Assembly (NCBI GenBank): GCA_041747555.1
Contig: JBGTEY010000007.1
Location: 11,426-75,425, forward strand
DNA: 64,000 bases
Direction: 5' to 3'
Origin: Patescibacteria group bacterium
Lineage (GTDB): Bacteria > Patescibacteriota > Microgenomatia > UBA1400 > PJMF01
Part shown: one piece after another, positions 9,309 through 21,300 of the stretch
Position numbering within the stretch: the stretch's first letter is position 1
Layout: the number at the start of each line of letters is the position of its first letter
The notes under the pieces: model-generated
Told to the model about the DNA's origin: nothing
Databases searched by the model: none
The model's input: only the letters and a program-made list of their open reading frames with translations
Made by a program: the position numbers and the translations under genes

Positions 9309-11711
9309 ATGGCCAAAACTACTTCTGAACCTGTTGCTCAAAATAGAGGGCATGTACTGTGCGTGATTCTTTCTGAAAACCAAGTGCAGTCGTTTCTCGT
9401 TGCGTACGGCTCAGATGGAGTTGAAATTCTAGAACAATCTCAAGCGGTGCCGTATGGCGACACCAAGTCTGTTGTCAAAAGAGTTGATGACAGCCTCCAA
9501 GATCTGGGCAAGGAATCAGAGAACATAGATCAAGTTATTTTTGGTGTTGAGCATACCTGGATTACACGAGGAGATTTAGCACCAGAGAAACAAAAAATTA
9601 TCACCACCATTGCAGACGCACTTTCATTGAAGCCACAGGGCTTTGTAGACTCACTCGAATCATTAATTCAGAAGCAACTTCATATCAGTCCTAGAAGTTC
9701 AGAAATTATGGTGGAAATTAGTCAGGCATCGATTTCTATAGGAGTTGTTATCCATGGAGACCTTCGTGGAATAGAGGTCATTGGTAGATCAGCATCTATT
9801 GTTGACGACATTGGTGAAGGATTTGCGCGTTTTGCGGTAAATTTAGAGCCTGATGGTGTGTATTTGCCTACTAAAATAGTCCTGTCATCACTCGATGTTC
9901 CTGAAGATACGCTTCGCAAATTTCAGCAGGAGTTGTTGGCAATCGACTGGCCATCTCAGTCGAGGTTTTTGCAATCCCCAGCGATTGATGTGTTGTCGCG
10001 AAACTTAAGTGTAACGATTATTGCTGAAGAAGCAGGTAAAGGAGTTGCGCTCGCGAATGATATTCCAGTTGCTGCTGATTTGAGCAGTTCAGGAGAAGTC
10101 AACGAGGTGGTGAATGCAGATGAGGACGAGCCTTCCGAAGACTTTGATTTTAAACCTGTTGCCACCAGTGTGACACCTGTTGCAGCAGCGACTACAGGTG
10201 CAGCTGTCGCAACAGCCAGTTCAGTCACAGCGGGTGAAGCTGTAGTGAGCCCTGATTTACTCGACACTAAATCGGGAGAACCTAAAACTGCACGCCCTAA
10301 AGCTGAATTCTCTGAAGCAAAAACTTTTGGAGTGCCTATTACCTCGAAGCAATTAGCCGAAATAGAACTACAAGCAGTGCGCAAGGGTGAGCTACCTGAC
10401 GATAGTGAAGCGACAGCAGTTGAAACCACGTCAGTCTGGTCAAAGGTATTATCTGGAGTAACCACGCTTTTTAGTCGATCTCAGGCAACTGCTCGACCTG
10501 CGTCAGGGTCACATGCTCATAATCCAAAACGATTTATAGTAATTGGGGTATTGGCTGGCTTGATAGCACTTTTGGGATTGAGTGTCTTGGGGACAGTATT
10601 TTTCTCATCAGCTGTGGTCACAATTATCCCAAATAAACAGTTAGTTAGTAAAACACTATCGCTCACCTTGGATGAATCTGCAACTTCACCAGATGCAGCT
10701 TCACTAACACTTCCTGCAAAACAAGAAACGGCATCACTTTCTGATGAAAGCACCGCACCGACAACAGGCACGACATTGGTAGGAGAATCTGCAAAAGGTA
10801 CGATAGAAATAATAAACAAGACTACATCTAACAAAATATTTGCTGCTGGTACTGAGGTTACAACTGGCGAGCTTACCTTTACGTTCGATGAAGAAGTTGA
10901 AGTACCAGCAGCAGTTGTTGAAGAGGATCCAGAAGAAAAAGAAGAGGTCAAAAAATTTGGTGAAGCAACGGTTGCAGTCACTGCCTCAATAATTGGATCT
11001 GACAGCAATATCGAGGGCGGCACGGAGTTGACCGTAGCATCATTTGATAGCTCGACTTACACTGCGCGCGCAACTGAGGCATTTACTGGAGGAGAAGAGC
11101 GAGAAGTAAAAGTTGTTTCTGAGAAAGATCGCACCGACATCCAAACCGCTATGCTCCAATCATTATTGGAGGAAGTCAATAAAGAATTTAGAGAAAAAGA
11201 ACAAAATGGCACTCGATATTTACCTATCGAGCGTGTTGAGGTAGTAAGTGCTGAATTTAATAGAGAAGTTGGTGATGAAGCCAATGAAATAACACTCAAA
11301 CTTGAGGTGACCGCCGAAACACTTTCATACGATATCTCTGATCTAAAGCTTATTACCCAAGAAGTCTTACAATCTGAAGTTCCAGAAGGATATGCTCTGG
11401 TGAATAAAGAGCCAGATATTCTATCTCAACCCATCGATCCCTCTGAAAATGAAGACGATGAGGAAGGAGTAGACTCGTTTTTAATCAAGGGAGACGTTAG
11501 TTCAGCAGCAGTACCTACATTTGAAAATCAAAATCTTGCGCAAGATATCGCGGGCAAATCTATAGAAGAAGCAACCAGGCAACTCAGAGAACTAGATTCG
11601 GTGAAATCTCTCAGCATCACACTCAGACCCTCTCTGTTACAAAATTTCTATTCGCGGTTACCCAAAGACCAGCAGCGAATTGAAATCAAAGTGTTGGTAG
11701 AGGAGGAGTAG
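9309..11711 (+). CDS. Large single-pass membrane protein with baseplate-J-like C-terminal region
   Basis: N-terminal alpha/beta domain, low-complexity linker, one TM, then AKGTIEIIN...FAAGT...FTGG. This resembles a family common beside alaS/ruvX in CPR. Confidence 0.6.
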   Translation: MAKTTSEPVAQNRGHVLCVILSENQVQSFLVAYGSDGVEILEQSQAVPYGDTKSVVKRVDDSLQDLGKESENIDQVIFGVEHTWITRGDLAPEKQKIITTIADALSLKPQGFVDSLESLIQKQLHISPRSSEIMVEISQASISIGVVIHGDLRGIEVIGRSASIVDDIGEGFARFAVNLEPDGVYLPTKIVLSSLDVPEDTLRKFQQELLAIDWPSQSRFLQSPAIDVLSRNLSVTIIAEEAGKGVALANDIPVAADLSSSGEVNEVVNADEDEPSEDFDFKPVATSVTPVAAATTGAAVATASSVTAGEAVVSPDLLDTKSGEPKTARPKAEFSEAKTFGVPITSKQLAEIELQAVRKGELPDDSEATAVETTSVWSKVLSGVTTLFSRSQATARPASGSHAHNPKRFIVIGVLAGLIALLGLSVLGTVFFSSAVVTIIPNKQLVSKTLSLTLDESATSPDAASLTLPAKQETASLSDESTAPTTGTTLVGESAKGTIEIINKTTSNKIFAAGTEVTTGELTFTFDEEVEVPAAVVEEDPEEKEEVKKFGEATVAVTASIIGSDSNIEGGTELTVASFDSSTYTARATEAFTGGEEREVKVVSEKDRTDIQTAMLQSLLEEVNKEFREKEQNGTRYLPIERVEVVSAEFNREVGDEANEITLKLEVTAETLSYDISDLKLITQEVLQSEVPEGYALVNKEPDILSQPIDPSENEDDEEGVDSFLIKGDVSSAAVPTFENQNLAQDIAGKSIEEATRQLRELDSVKSLSITLRPSLLQNFYSRLPKDQQRIEIKVLVEEE

Positions 11712-11712
11712 C

Positions 11713-12669
11713 GTGAGTACAAACCCTGTCGACATGCATGAACAGTTGGTGTCACTCTATCGGAGAGCGCTTCTTAGTGGAATTGACATGTCAGAGGTTG
11801 ATGACAAGATCTCAGAGTTTTCAGTTCGGCAAGATGCGAGTGAAAAAGTAGAAGAATTCCATGATGCAGAGCGAATCGGTCGAACGAAACGCGCTCTACC
11901 GACGCTGATGCGGGTAGGATCATTCTCGATTCCAGCACTTTTTATTGGAGTTGGCCTGTATTTGGTTGGGACTGCGGTTGTTCCAATCTTGGGATCATAT
12001 ATTTCGGCAACGTCTCAGTTGCAAGCTGCACAACTGATGGCGCCTATTCCTCAAGAAGAAGTTCTTGATGTTACGCCATTAGTGATCACTCAAGAACAAC
12101 CGAGTGAAAAAAGTCAGGTAGATTTGCAATCTGAGCCACAAATTATTGACGAGGCACTTGACTACACCAACTTAAATAATTGGTTTGCAGACGCAACCTT
12201 GCCAGAGTTGGCAAATGCAAAAGAAGTTGAAGGCGAAGAATATATTGTCGATATACCTAAGCTTAATGTAAGCAACGCTCGAGTGAAGGTTGGTGGTACC
12301 GACTTGGATGAGAGTTTAATCGCGTATCCAGGCACTGCGCTCCCAGGCGATGTTGGAGCACCTGTAATTTTTGGACACTCAGTGTTACGGGCCTACTACA
12401 ACCCTAGTGAAAAGAATTCACGCCGCTACAATTCCATATTTAGTACCATTATGACGCTCAAGGCCGGTGATGAAATCTTTGTCACCCAAGATGGGGTAAA
12501 ATATAAATATCTGGTTCAAGAAAAAACAGAAGTAAAACCAGAGGATGTGTATATCCTGAAACAAAACTACTCGGTGAAGCAGCTCAAATTAGTAACGTGC
12601 ACTCCTGAGGGAACATACCTTCGACGCGGCGTGGTTACTGCAACTTTGGTCCCGTTTGCTGAAGAATAA
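11713..12669 (+). CDS. Sortase
   Basis: TM anchor; IFGHS and KLVTCTPEGTYLRR supply the His/Cys/Arg triad. Confidence 0.88.
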   Translation: MSTNPVDMHEQLVSLYRRALLSGIDMSEVDDKISEFSVRQDASEKVEEFHDAERIGRTKRALPTLMRVGSFSIPALFIGVGLYLVGTAVVPILGSYISATSQLQAAQLMAPIPQEEVLDVTPLVITQEQPSEKSQVDLQSEPQIIDEALDYTNLNNWFADATLPELANAKEVEGEEYIVDIPKLNVSNARVKVGGTDLDESLIAYPGTALPGDVGAPVIFGHSVLRAYYNPSEKNSRRYNSIFSTIMTLKAGDEIFVTQDGVKYKYLVQEKTEVKPEDVYILKQNYSVKQLKLVTCTPEGTYLRRGVVTATLVPFAEE

Positions 12670-12672
12670 ATC

Positions 12673-13074
12673 ATGACAATCCCACCCAAAACTCTCGGAA
12701 TTGATTTTGGAACCAAGCGAATAGGTTTGGCTGTTACGTATGCGTCACTGGTAGAACCACTTGAGGTGATCAGCTATCAGGAAATTGGGCAAGCTCTAAA
12801 CCGAATAGTGGAAATCTGTGAAGAACATCATGTTGAGCAAATCGTGATCGGAATTTCTGAGGGTGAAATGGCTGACAAGACAGAGGTCTTTATTGGATCT
12901 CTGAGAGAAAAATTAACGCTACCAATTTTCACCACTGACGAGACACTCTCTTCCCAAGAAGTTCTGAGCAAGCTCGCTAGTCAAGGAAAGCAACATAGTG
13001 GTCCCAAGTCAGGACCTATCGACCATTATGCCGCAGCAATAATTCTTGACGAATGGTTGTCTACTCGACCATAA
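12673..13074 (+). CDS. ruvX: YqgF/RuvX nuclease
   Basis: LGIDFGTKRIGLA, DETLSS and IDHYAAAIIL motifs. Confidence 0.92.
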   Translation: MTIPPKTLGIDFGTKRIGLAVTYASLVEPLEVISYQEIGQALNRIVEICEEHHVEQIVIGISEGEMADKTEVFIGSLREKLTLPIFTTDETLSSQEVLSKLASQGKQHSGPKSGPIDHYAAAIILDEWLSTRP

Positions 13075-13090
13075 TGTTTCATGTAAAATA

Positions 13091-13486
13091 TTATTCGTCT
13101 GAGGTTTTTCGGTGTGACTCTAGTTTTTTTAGAAATTTGTCGTGGATTGCAACATATTCTTGATGAAGGTCTTCTAGCTCGCTATCTGCAAGATCTTCTA
13201 TTTCCAGCAAATGTAGTCTTGCGCCTTTCACCGCGCGAATGAGCTCGTCTAGTTTGAGGTGCACTGCCTTGGTATCTCTGTTTTGCGTATTTTGAATCAG
13301 AAATACCATTAAAAACGTAACAATTGTTGTCATGGTGTTGATAAACAACTGCCAGGTGCTCGAATAATTAAATACGGGTCCGAGAGAGAACCAGATTACA
13401 ACTATGGCAACAGCAGTGAGTGACGCCCAAACTGAGCCGGTAATTCGAGAGACTGTAGATGCTATTTTTCTGAAAGTATCATTCAT
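13091..13486 (-). CDS. Low-affinity iron permease (Fet4-like) family protein
   Basis: WQLFINT...FLMVFLIQNTQNRDTKAVHLKLDELIRA signature. Confidence 0.88.
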   Translation of the reverse strand: MNDTFRKIASTVSRITGSVWASLTAVAIVVIWFSLGPVFNYSSTWQLFINTMTTIVTFLMVFLIQNTQNRDTKAVHLKLDELIRAVKGARLHLLEIEDLADSELEDLHQEYVAIHDKFLKKLESHRKTSDE

Positions 13487-13580
13487 GCTTACTACTATAG
13501 CATGACATGGAAAACTTGTTCCTGCTGAGATTTATGAGCGCTCCTGGTATACTCGTTTGGTATCAAATTAGGGATTTCAG

Positions 13581-14606
13581 ATGAACGATATTTACTCTGA
13601 TGAATCAATTCCACCTCAACTTACAAGGCCAACACCATGGGCAAGGCTTTTGATTGCACTCGTGATGTTTCTACTGGTAGTGGGTGCAGGCGTCGCTTTT
13701 TTAAGTTTTGAACTTTTGCAACCTACCAATTCTAGTCAAGAGTCAGTCAATTTTATAATTCCAAAAGGTCAGTCGGTTGCAGTTATAGCTCAACGGCTTG
13801 AAGACCAAGGGCTTATTTCTCATCCTTTGGTATTTAGAATAGTTGCACGCTACAAAGGTATTGAACAACAGATACAGGCTGGGACGTTTGAATTGTCTTC
13901 GAGTCAGTCTGTGTTCGAAATAGCAGATACCCTTACCCAAGGTACGGAAGATCTATGGATCACACTGCTTGAGGGATGGAGAGATGAGGAAGTAGCTGAG
14001 TATTTAGCGTCGCAGGATTTGCCACTATTTGATGAATCTGAATTTTTGAACCTCGCCAAAACTACGCCAGGCAGGCTTTTTCCGGATACGTACCTGATTC
14101 CACATGAGATGACCTCCACACAAATTCATTCGTTGCTCGTGAATACCTTTGAGACCAAAGTTATTGAAGGCCTCGAGGCAGAAATTGCAGATAATCCTCG
14201 AGATTTTCAAGATGTGCTCGTTATGGCTTCTTTAGTCGAGCGCGAGGCACGAGAGTATGAGCAGATGAGACACGTAGCTGGCATCCTCTGGCACAGAACA
14301 AACATTGGAATGGCGTTGCAAGTGGATGCAACGTTGCAGTATACACGCGGGTTTGATCCAGCAGCTGATTCCTGGTGGAGTCCACCAAGAGCTACAGACA
14401 AGACAATCTCGTCACCATACAATACATATGCGTCACCAGGTTTGCCACCTACTCCAATTTCAAATCCAGGCCTCAATGCCATCAAAGCGACCCTTGACCC
14501 AATCGACAGTAATGATTTATTCTATCTTCATGCTCGGTCGGGAGAAATGTACTACGCCGAGACGCTACAAGAGCATAACGCAAATATAGATAGATACTTG
14601 CGTTAA
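13581..14606 (+). CDS. mltG: Endolytic transglycosylase MltG (YceG)
   Basis: LFPDTY, ASLVERE, LQVDAT and SPYNTY...GLPPTPISNPG motifs. Confidence 0.93.
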   Translation: MNDIYSDESIPPQLTRPTPWARLLIALVMFLLVVGAGVAFLSFELLQPTNSSQESVNFIIPKGQSVAVIAQRLEDQGLISHPLVFRIVARYKGIEQQIQAGTFELSSSQSVFEIADTLTQGTEDLWITLLEGWRDEEVAEYLASQDLPLFDESEFLNLAKTTPGRLFPDTYLIPHEMTSTQIHSLLVNTFETKVIEGLEAEIADNPRDFQDVLVMASLVEREAREYEQMRHVAGILWHRTNIGMALQVDATLQYTRGFDPAADSWWSPPRATDKTISSPYNTYASPGLPPTPISNPGLNAIKATLDPIDSNDLFYLHARSGEMYYAETLQEHNANIDRYLR

Positions 14607-14840
14607 TTTTGAGTGTTTGTTACAATCAACGTTTCAATGTAGCAGTACCTAGCGGAGTATCTCTTGCTGACGAATACGTTTTTTCAATTACAGAGTTCTG
14701 AAAAAGAACCATTTTTTAGTGGTTCTTAATCTGTTTTTTAACCGCAATCCAGAAATAAGGGTTGTGGGTCGTCTGCGTCAGTCAAATTTACTGCCAATAC
14801 TACCGCTTGAATTACATACAATCAGATTAGAGAGGAGCGC

Positions 14841-17800
14841 ATGAATCATTCGCCAAGACAAAACTGGGGTAAAACATACAAGCTTCTTCCCGAGCTTGAT
14901 CTCGTCAAGCTACAAATAGATAGCTACTCTCAATTCTTAGACCATGGTATCCGAGAATCCTTACAGGAAGTTAACGGAGAAAATGGCATAGAAGATTACA
15001 CCGGGAAAAACTGGTCACTCCGATTTGGTGAATATCGCTTCGCACTTCCAAAATACACAATTTCACAAGCCAAGAAGAAAGGTGTTACTTACGACATTCC
15101 TTTATATGTCGAGGCAACGCTCGTAAACAAAAAAACTGGTGAAGAGCAAACTCAAGAAGTCTTTTTGGGCGATATGCCTAAGATGACACCGACTGGCACG
15201 TTTGTCGTTAACGGAATTGAGCGCGCAGTTGTGACACAATTAGTGCGTTCACCTGGAGTATTTTTCTCTAGTGATGTTGATTCCAGCACTGGTCGAGAAC
15301 TTTTTCAGGCAGAACTTCGTCCCAAACGTGGCTCATGGCTTGAAATAACTGTTGGTAAGCGAGACATTATCACCGTTAAAATTGACCGTCGACGAAAAAT
15401 GCCGGTGTCCGTTCTGCTCAGAGCCATTGGTTTAAGCAGTGACGAAGAGTTGTTGGAGGCGTTCAAAGACGAGCTTTCAATGGACGAATTTAATTTACTT
15501 CAAAACACCTTAGAAAAAGACGCTACTAAATCTCGAGAAGAAGCTCTTATCGAAATCTACGAAAAAATGAGACCTGGTGAGCCAGCAGTGCTCGACACAG
15601 CCCGCGAGTTCTTAAAGCAATTGTTCTTCGATCCTAGACGGTACGATCTAGGTGGAGTTGGTCGATACAAATTGAATCGCAGACTTTCAGTCACCGTCGA
15701 TCCAGAAACGACCACCCTTTCACCCGATGACATTATTGCTTCAGTCAAATACTTGATTCGATTGCAAAATGGTCAAGGTAAAGTCGATGACATTGACCAC
15801 TTAAGCAATCGACGAGTTCGTCAAATTGGTGAGTTGGTAAAAGACTCAGCACTGAGAATTGGACTTATTAGATTAGAGCGATCAATCCGTGAAAAAATGT
15901 CTTTAACCAAGACAGACGAGTCACTCAGTCCAGCGGCCCTCGTCAACGCTCGACCACTTATCGCCACTATTTCAGAATTCTTCAGAAGAAATAGACTTTC
16001 TACAATCTTGGATCAAACCAACCCACTTTCAGAAATTGATAACTTACGTCGGTTGTCTGTTATGGGTTCTGGTGGTGTTACCAGAGAGCGCGCTTCATTT
16101 TCTATGCGTGATATTAATGCGTCACAGTATTCTCGTATTGACCCGGTTCGTTCTCCAGAAGGTCCAAATATTGGACTCGTTACCTATCTCGCACTCTATA
16201 CCAAGGTCAATGACTTCGGTTTCTTGGAGTCTCCATACCATCCCGTCAAACGGATTGGTGAAAAAATGAAAATCGAAGATGAAATTGTCTACATGGCTGC
16301 AGACGAAGAAGAAGACTACAAAATTACTCACGCTGGTGTAGAAATCAGTGACGCTCGATACATTACCCAAGAGTGGGTCCCGATGCGTCATATGAACAAC
16401 TTTATTGAAGGTCCAATGACAGACGTTCAATATGTTGACGTTGTGCCTCGACAAGTGATTGGTACTTCAGCATCACTCATTCCATTTATTGCTCATGATG
16501 AGGCCAACCGTGCGCTCATGGGAACCCACATGCAATGTCAAGCTGTGCCGCTCATCATGCCTCAAGCACCAACTGTTGGTACGGGTATGGAGCGAGCAGT
16601 TGCAATTTCTATGGGAAGAACAGTTGTTGCTCGACATTCAGGAAAAGTTACCTACGTTGACGCAAATAGAATTGAACTCACTTTGAGCAAAAAAGACGCA
16701 GACGCCGCCAAAAAAGAAATCAGAGACGAAGGTGACGAGAGCACTAAGCTCGATGGAACTGTAGAAACCTACTTCGTCACAAAATTCTTCAGAACCTCAC
16801 AGAGCACCTGTTACTCACAAAAACCAATTGTCAATTTAGGCGATGAAATAACTGCAGGAGACGTTATTATTGATGGTCCATCCGCAGATAATGGTGAGTT
16901 AGCACTTGGTGCAAACCTTGTGATCGCATACGCATCATTCGATGGACTTGGTTATGAAGACGCTATTGTTATTTCTGACCGATTGGTTCAAGAGGATGTC
17001 TTAACCTCAATTCAAATTAACGAATACAAATCACGAGTCATGGACACCAAACTCGGTGTTGAAGAACTCACCAATGACATTCCAAATGTCAGTGAAACCT
17101 ACCTCAGTAACTTAACTGCAGAAGGTATCATTAGAGTTGGAAGTGTTGTTAGCGCAGGCGACATCCTTGTTGGAAAGATTGCTCCTAAAGGTGAAACTGA
17201 ATTGACTCCAGAAGAGCGATTGCTCCGTGCTATCTTTGGTGAAAAATCCCGAGAAGTACGCGATACCTCACTGAGACTCCCTCATGGAGAATCTGGAACA
17301 GTCATTGACGTCCAGGTTCTTGATAGTGATCTTGGTGATGAGCTCGATCCAGGCACACTCAAAGAAGTGATCGTCAAAGTTGCACAAACCAGAAAAATCA
17401 CCGTTGGTGACAAGCTTGCTGGTCGCCATGGTAACAAAGGTGTTATTTCAAAAATCGTGCCAACAGCAGATATGCCTCATTTAGATGACGGTACTGCAGT
17501 CGACATTATTATTTCACCACTTTCTGTGCTTGCTCGTATGAACCTTGGGCAATTGCTCGAGTCTCATGCGGGATGGGCAGCGTCTAAACTTGGGTACAAA
17601 ATTGCCGTTCCAGCCTTTGAACAGTTCGATGAAAAACGAATTTGGGATGAATTGGAGCGCGCAGGTTTGCCAGTCACCGGAAAAGCAACCCTTATCGACG
17701 GCCGAACAGGTGAAAAATTCAGCGAACCAACAACAGTCGGTATCGGATACATCTTGAAACTTTCACACATGGTGGAAGACAAGATGCATGCTCGATCAAC

Positions 17801-18341
17801 TGGTCCATACTCACTCGTTACCCAACAGCCACTCGGTGGTAAAGCACAAATGGGTGGACAGCGACTGGGAGAAATGGAAGTCTGGGCACTCGAAGCACAT
17901 CGTGCAGCGCATACGCTTCAGGAAATGTTGACTATAAAATCTGATGACGTCACCGGACGTGCCAAAGCGTTTGAAGCAATCGTTAAAGGTCTCGAGATTC
18001 CTGCACCAACCGTGCCTGAGTCGTTCAGGGTCTTGATGCGCGAGCTCAATTCACTTGGTGTGAACGTTGTCCCTCATGAAGCCCAAGAAGAAGAGGAAAT
18101 CATCCCGGTAGTTGTTTCAGATGATGATCAGGGTGACGATCCAGTCAGCGATGATCAGTCAGATGATGATGACACCGACGATGACGATTCAGAAGATGAG
18201 CTCATCGATGAGGATACTGATGAAGAAAAGAGCGAACCAGACGAAGACGAAATCAAACGCCTGGAAGACGGAGACATCGATGACGAAACTGAAGACGATG
18301 TTGAAGTTGAGAGTGAACAAGATGAGGAAGTAAGGGAGTAA
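14841..18341 (+). CDS. rpoB: RNA polymerase beta subunit
   Basis: GDKLAGRHGNKG and GGQRLGEMEVWALEA motifs; acidic C-terminal tail. Confidence 0.99.
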   Translation: MNHSPRQNWGKTYKLLPELDLVKLQIDSYSQFLDHGIRESLQEVNGENGIEDYTGKNWSLRFGEYRFALPKYTISQAKKKGVTYDIPLYVEATLVNKKTGEEQTQEVFLGDMPKMTPTGTFVVNGIERAVVTQLVRSPGVFFSSDVDSSTGRELFQAELRPKRGSWLEITVGKRDIITVKIDRRRKMPVSVLLRAIGLSSDEELLEAFKDELSMDEFNLLQNTLEKDATKSREEALIEIYEKMRPGEPAVLDTAREFLKQLFFDPRRYDLGGVGRYKLNRRLSVTVDPETTTLSPDDIIASVKYLIRLQNGQGKVDDIDHLSNRRVRQIGELVKDSALRIGLIRLERSIREKMSLTKTDESLSPAALVNARPLIATISEFFRRNRLSTILDQTNPLSEIDNLRRLSVMGSGGVTRERASFSMRDINASQYSRIDPVRSPEGPNIGLVTYLALYTKVNDFGFLESPYHPVKRIGEKMKIEDEIVYMAADEEEDYKITHAGVEISDARYITQEWVPMRHMNNFIEGPMTDVQYVDVVPRQVIGTSASLIPFIAHDEANRALMGTHMQCQAVPLIMPQAPTVGTGMERAVAISMGRTVVARHSGKVTYVDANRIELTLSKKDADAAKKEIRDEGDESTKLDGTVETYFVTKFFRTSQSTCYSQKPIVNLGDEITAGDVIIDGPSADNGELALGANLVIAYASFDGLGYEDAIVISDRLVQEDVLTSIQINEYKSRVMDTKLGVEELTNDIPNVSETYLSNLTAEGIIRVGSVVSAGDILVGKIAPKGETELTPEERLLRAIFGEKSREVRDTSLRLPHGESGTVIDVQVLDSDLGDELDPGTLKEVIVKVAQTRKITVGDKLAGRHGNKGVISKIVPTADMPHLDDGTAVDIIISPLSVLARMNLGQLLESHAGWAASKLGYKIAVPAFEQFDEKRIWDELERAGLPVTGKATLIDGRTGEKFSEPTTVGIGYILKLSHMVEDKMHARSTGPYSLVTQQPLGGKAQMGGQRLGEMEVWALEAHRAAHTLQEMLTIKSDDVTGRAKAFEAIVKGLEIPAPTVPESFRVLMRELNSLGVNVVPHEAQEEEEIIPVVVSDDDQGDDPVSDDQSDDDDTDDDDSEDELIDEDTDEEKSEPDEDEIKRLEDGDIDDETEDDVEVESEQDEEVRE

Positions 18342-18351
18342 GAAAGGGATT

Positions 18352-21300
18352 ATGCAGAACACAAATCAAACCGGAACCGCCGTAAAGCACATAGTCGATT
18401 TTGCTGCTCTTGAGATTCGAATCGCATCTCCCGACACAATCAAGTCATGGTCTTATGGTGAGGTTAAAAAACCAGAAACAATCAATTACCGATCTTTAAA
18501 AGCAGAAAAAGACGGACTTTTTGATGAAAAAATCTTTGGACCGATCAAAGACTATGAATGTTACTGCGGAAAGTACAAGCGAATTCGCTACAAGGGTATT
18601 ATTTGTGACAAATGTGGTGTCGAAGTGACTCAATCACGAGTACGTAGAGAGCGCATGGGACATATTACACTTGCAGCTCCCGTTGCTCACATCTGGTACT
18701 TCAAGGGTGCTCCCTCAAAATTATCACTTCTTCTTGGAATTTCACCAAGAAATCTTAATTCAATCATCTACTTCTCAAAATACATCGTACTCGATGTTGA
18801 TCAAGACGAAAAAATTGCCGTCATGGATCAGCTCGTGGTCGACGCAGAAGCAGCACAAGATGAATTAAAAGATTCAACCAAGCTCCAGATGGAGAACGTA
18901 ACCAAACAGCTCGATCAAGACGTTGTCAAACTAAAAGAAAAAGTTACCAACAAAGAAACACTCCAGCTCAAGGTTAGCGAACTCCAGCTCAAAGCCAAGA
19001 ACAAACTGATGTCACTCAAGAAGCAACTTGAGACACAATTAGAGCAGACTGATGAAATCTACAAACAGCTACAACAAATGGTCAAGAGAATTAAGACCGG
19101 CACTATCCTCAGTGAAGATGAGTACATCAAGCTCTCTGAGTACGATGCCGCCAGTCATGTTCGAGTCGGCATGGGTGCTGAAAGTATTCTAGAAATGGTT
19201 GAGGCGCTTGATCTTGATCAGCTTACCGATGACTTGAGAGAAGAAATGGTCGAGGCCAAAGGTGTTAAGAGAATCAAAGCAACCAAGAGACTTAGGGTTA
19301 TAGGTGGATTTACTAAAGCGCATATCAAACCAGAATGGATGTTCTTAAACATCTTGCCCGTCATCCCTCCAGATTTGAGACCGATGGTTCAGCTTTCTGG
19401 TGGTCGATTTGCTACTTCTGACTTGAACGATCTGTATCGTCGCGTCATTAACAGAAATAATCGCTTGAAGCACCTCATTGATCTTGGCGCACCTGAAATT
19501 ATTTTGAGAAATGAAAAGCGAATGCTTCAAGAGGCAGTTGACTCATTGATTGATGGCACACAAGCTCGACAATCACGACGACGTTCAAATAGAAGACCGC
19601 TCAAGTCCCTCTCAGAAATGCTTAAGGGTAAGCAAGGTCGATTTAGACAAAATCTTCTCGGAAAACGTGTTGACTACTCAGGTCGTTCAGTCATCGTTGT
19701 GGGTCCAGAGCTCAAATTAAACGAGTGTGGACTTCCAAAAGATATGGCTCTTGAGATGTTTAAGCCATATGTGCTTCGAGAACTCATTGTCCACGGTACC
19801 GCGCCAAACGTGAAAAGTGCCAAGCATTTAATCGAGCGACGAGAGCCGGTAGTGTATGACATTCTTGAGCAAGTTACTGCCAATCATCCCGTGATTTTGA
19901 ACCGTGCACCAACACTTCATAAGTTGGGTATGCAGTCATTTTTCCCAATTTTGATCGAGGGAAATGCTATCCAGCTCCATCCTTGTGTCTGTTCTGGATA
20001 CAATGCTGACTTTGATGGTGACCAAATGGCTGTTCATGTTCCGCTGACGCAGCAAGCTCGAGAGGAATGTTCGACATTGATGATGTCTTCACATAACTTA
20101 CTCAAGCCTGCAAACGGTGAGCCAATCACAGTGCCTAATAAAGAAATGGCAATGGGTGTCTACTATCATACTGTGCTTGATACCGATCAAGAAAAGTTTA
20201 GCTCAGTGTTTGCATCAGAAGATGAAGCATTCCATGCGCATCAAACTGACAGAGTTAAACTACGACAGCCAATCAGTGTTCGCGTTCAGACTCCAGAAGG
20301 TGCAAAAATCGTTGATACATCTATTGGTCGACTTGAGTTTAATACACTCTTGCCAGCATCAATGAGATTCATCAACGAAGAAGTAGGTGACAAGAAGATC
20401 AAAGAATTAGTGACGTTTGCCATTCAGACCCAACCTCGAGAAGTTGTGGCTCAATTAATTGACGACATCAAAAATCTTGGATTTAGAGCTGCCACCATCT
20501 CAGGTCTCTCAGTTTCTGTTGCAGACTGCGAAATGATCGTCGAAAAGAAGCAAATTGTTGCTCAAGCCAACAAAAAGGCAGAGGCAATTCAAGAGCAATT
20601 CCAAGATGGTCTGATTTCTACAGAAGAGCGAAAGAAAATGTCCTTCGACGTCTGGATCGACACCACCGAAGAAGTTGCAGAAAAGACTTGGGATTCTTAT
20701 TCAGACAAGAATGCAGTCAAGGTTATCATCAACTCAGGAGGTACTCGTGCTTCTAAAGATCAGGTGAAACAGCTTGCCGCTATGCGGGGACTCGTTGTTG
20801 ATCCGCTCGGAAATATTGTGGAAATGCCTACAAAATCCAACTTTAGAGAAGGTCTCACCATTTTTGAATATGTGACATCTGCTCGTGGATCACGAAAAGG
20901 TCTGACTGACTCAGCAATTAAAACTGCTGACGCCGGATATCTCACTCGTCGTCTCTGTGACGTATCACATGACGTGATTATTCGACTTGAAGATTGTGGA
21001 ACCAAAACTGGTGTTCGATTTAGCACCAAGAACAGACCTACAGTCTTTAGCACTCGAATCTCAGGACGCGTGGCACTCGAAGACATAAAAGATGGTCGCA
21101 AGGTATTGGTAAAAGCAGATGAGTACATTACTCCAGAATTAGCCAAACAGATCACTGAAGCTGGTATTGACGAGGTCTATGCTCGATCACCACTCACCTG
21201 CGAGGCAGAAAAAGGAATGTGTGCTAAGTGTTATGGTTGGGATTTCTCAACCAGAGACAAGGTTTCAATCGGTGTTCCGGTTGGAATTGTTGCTGCACAA

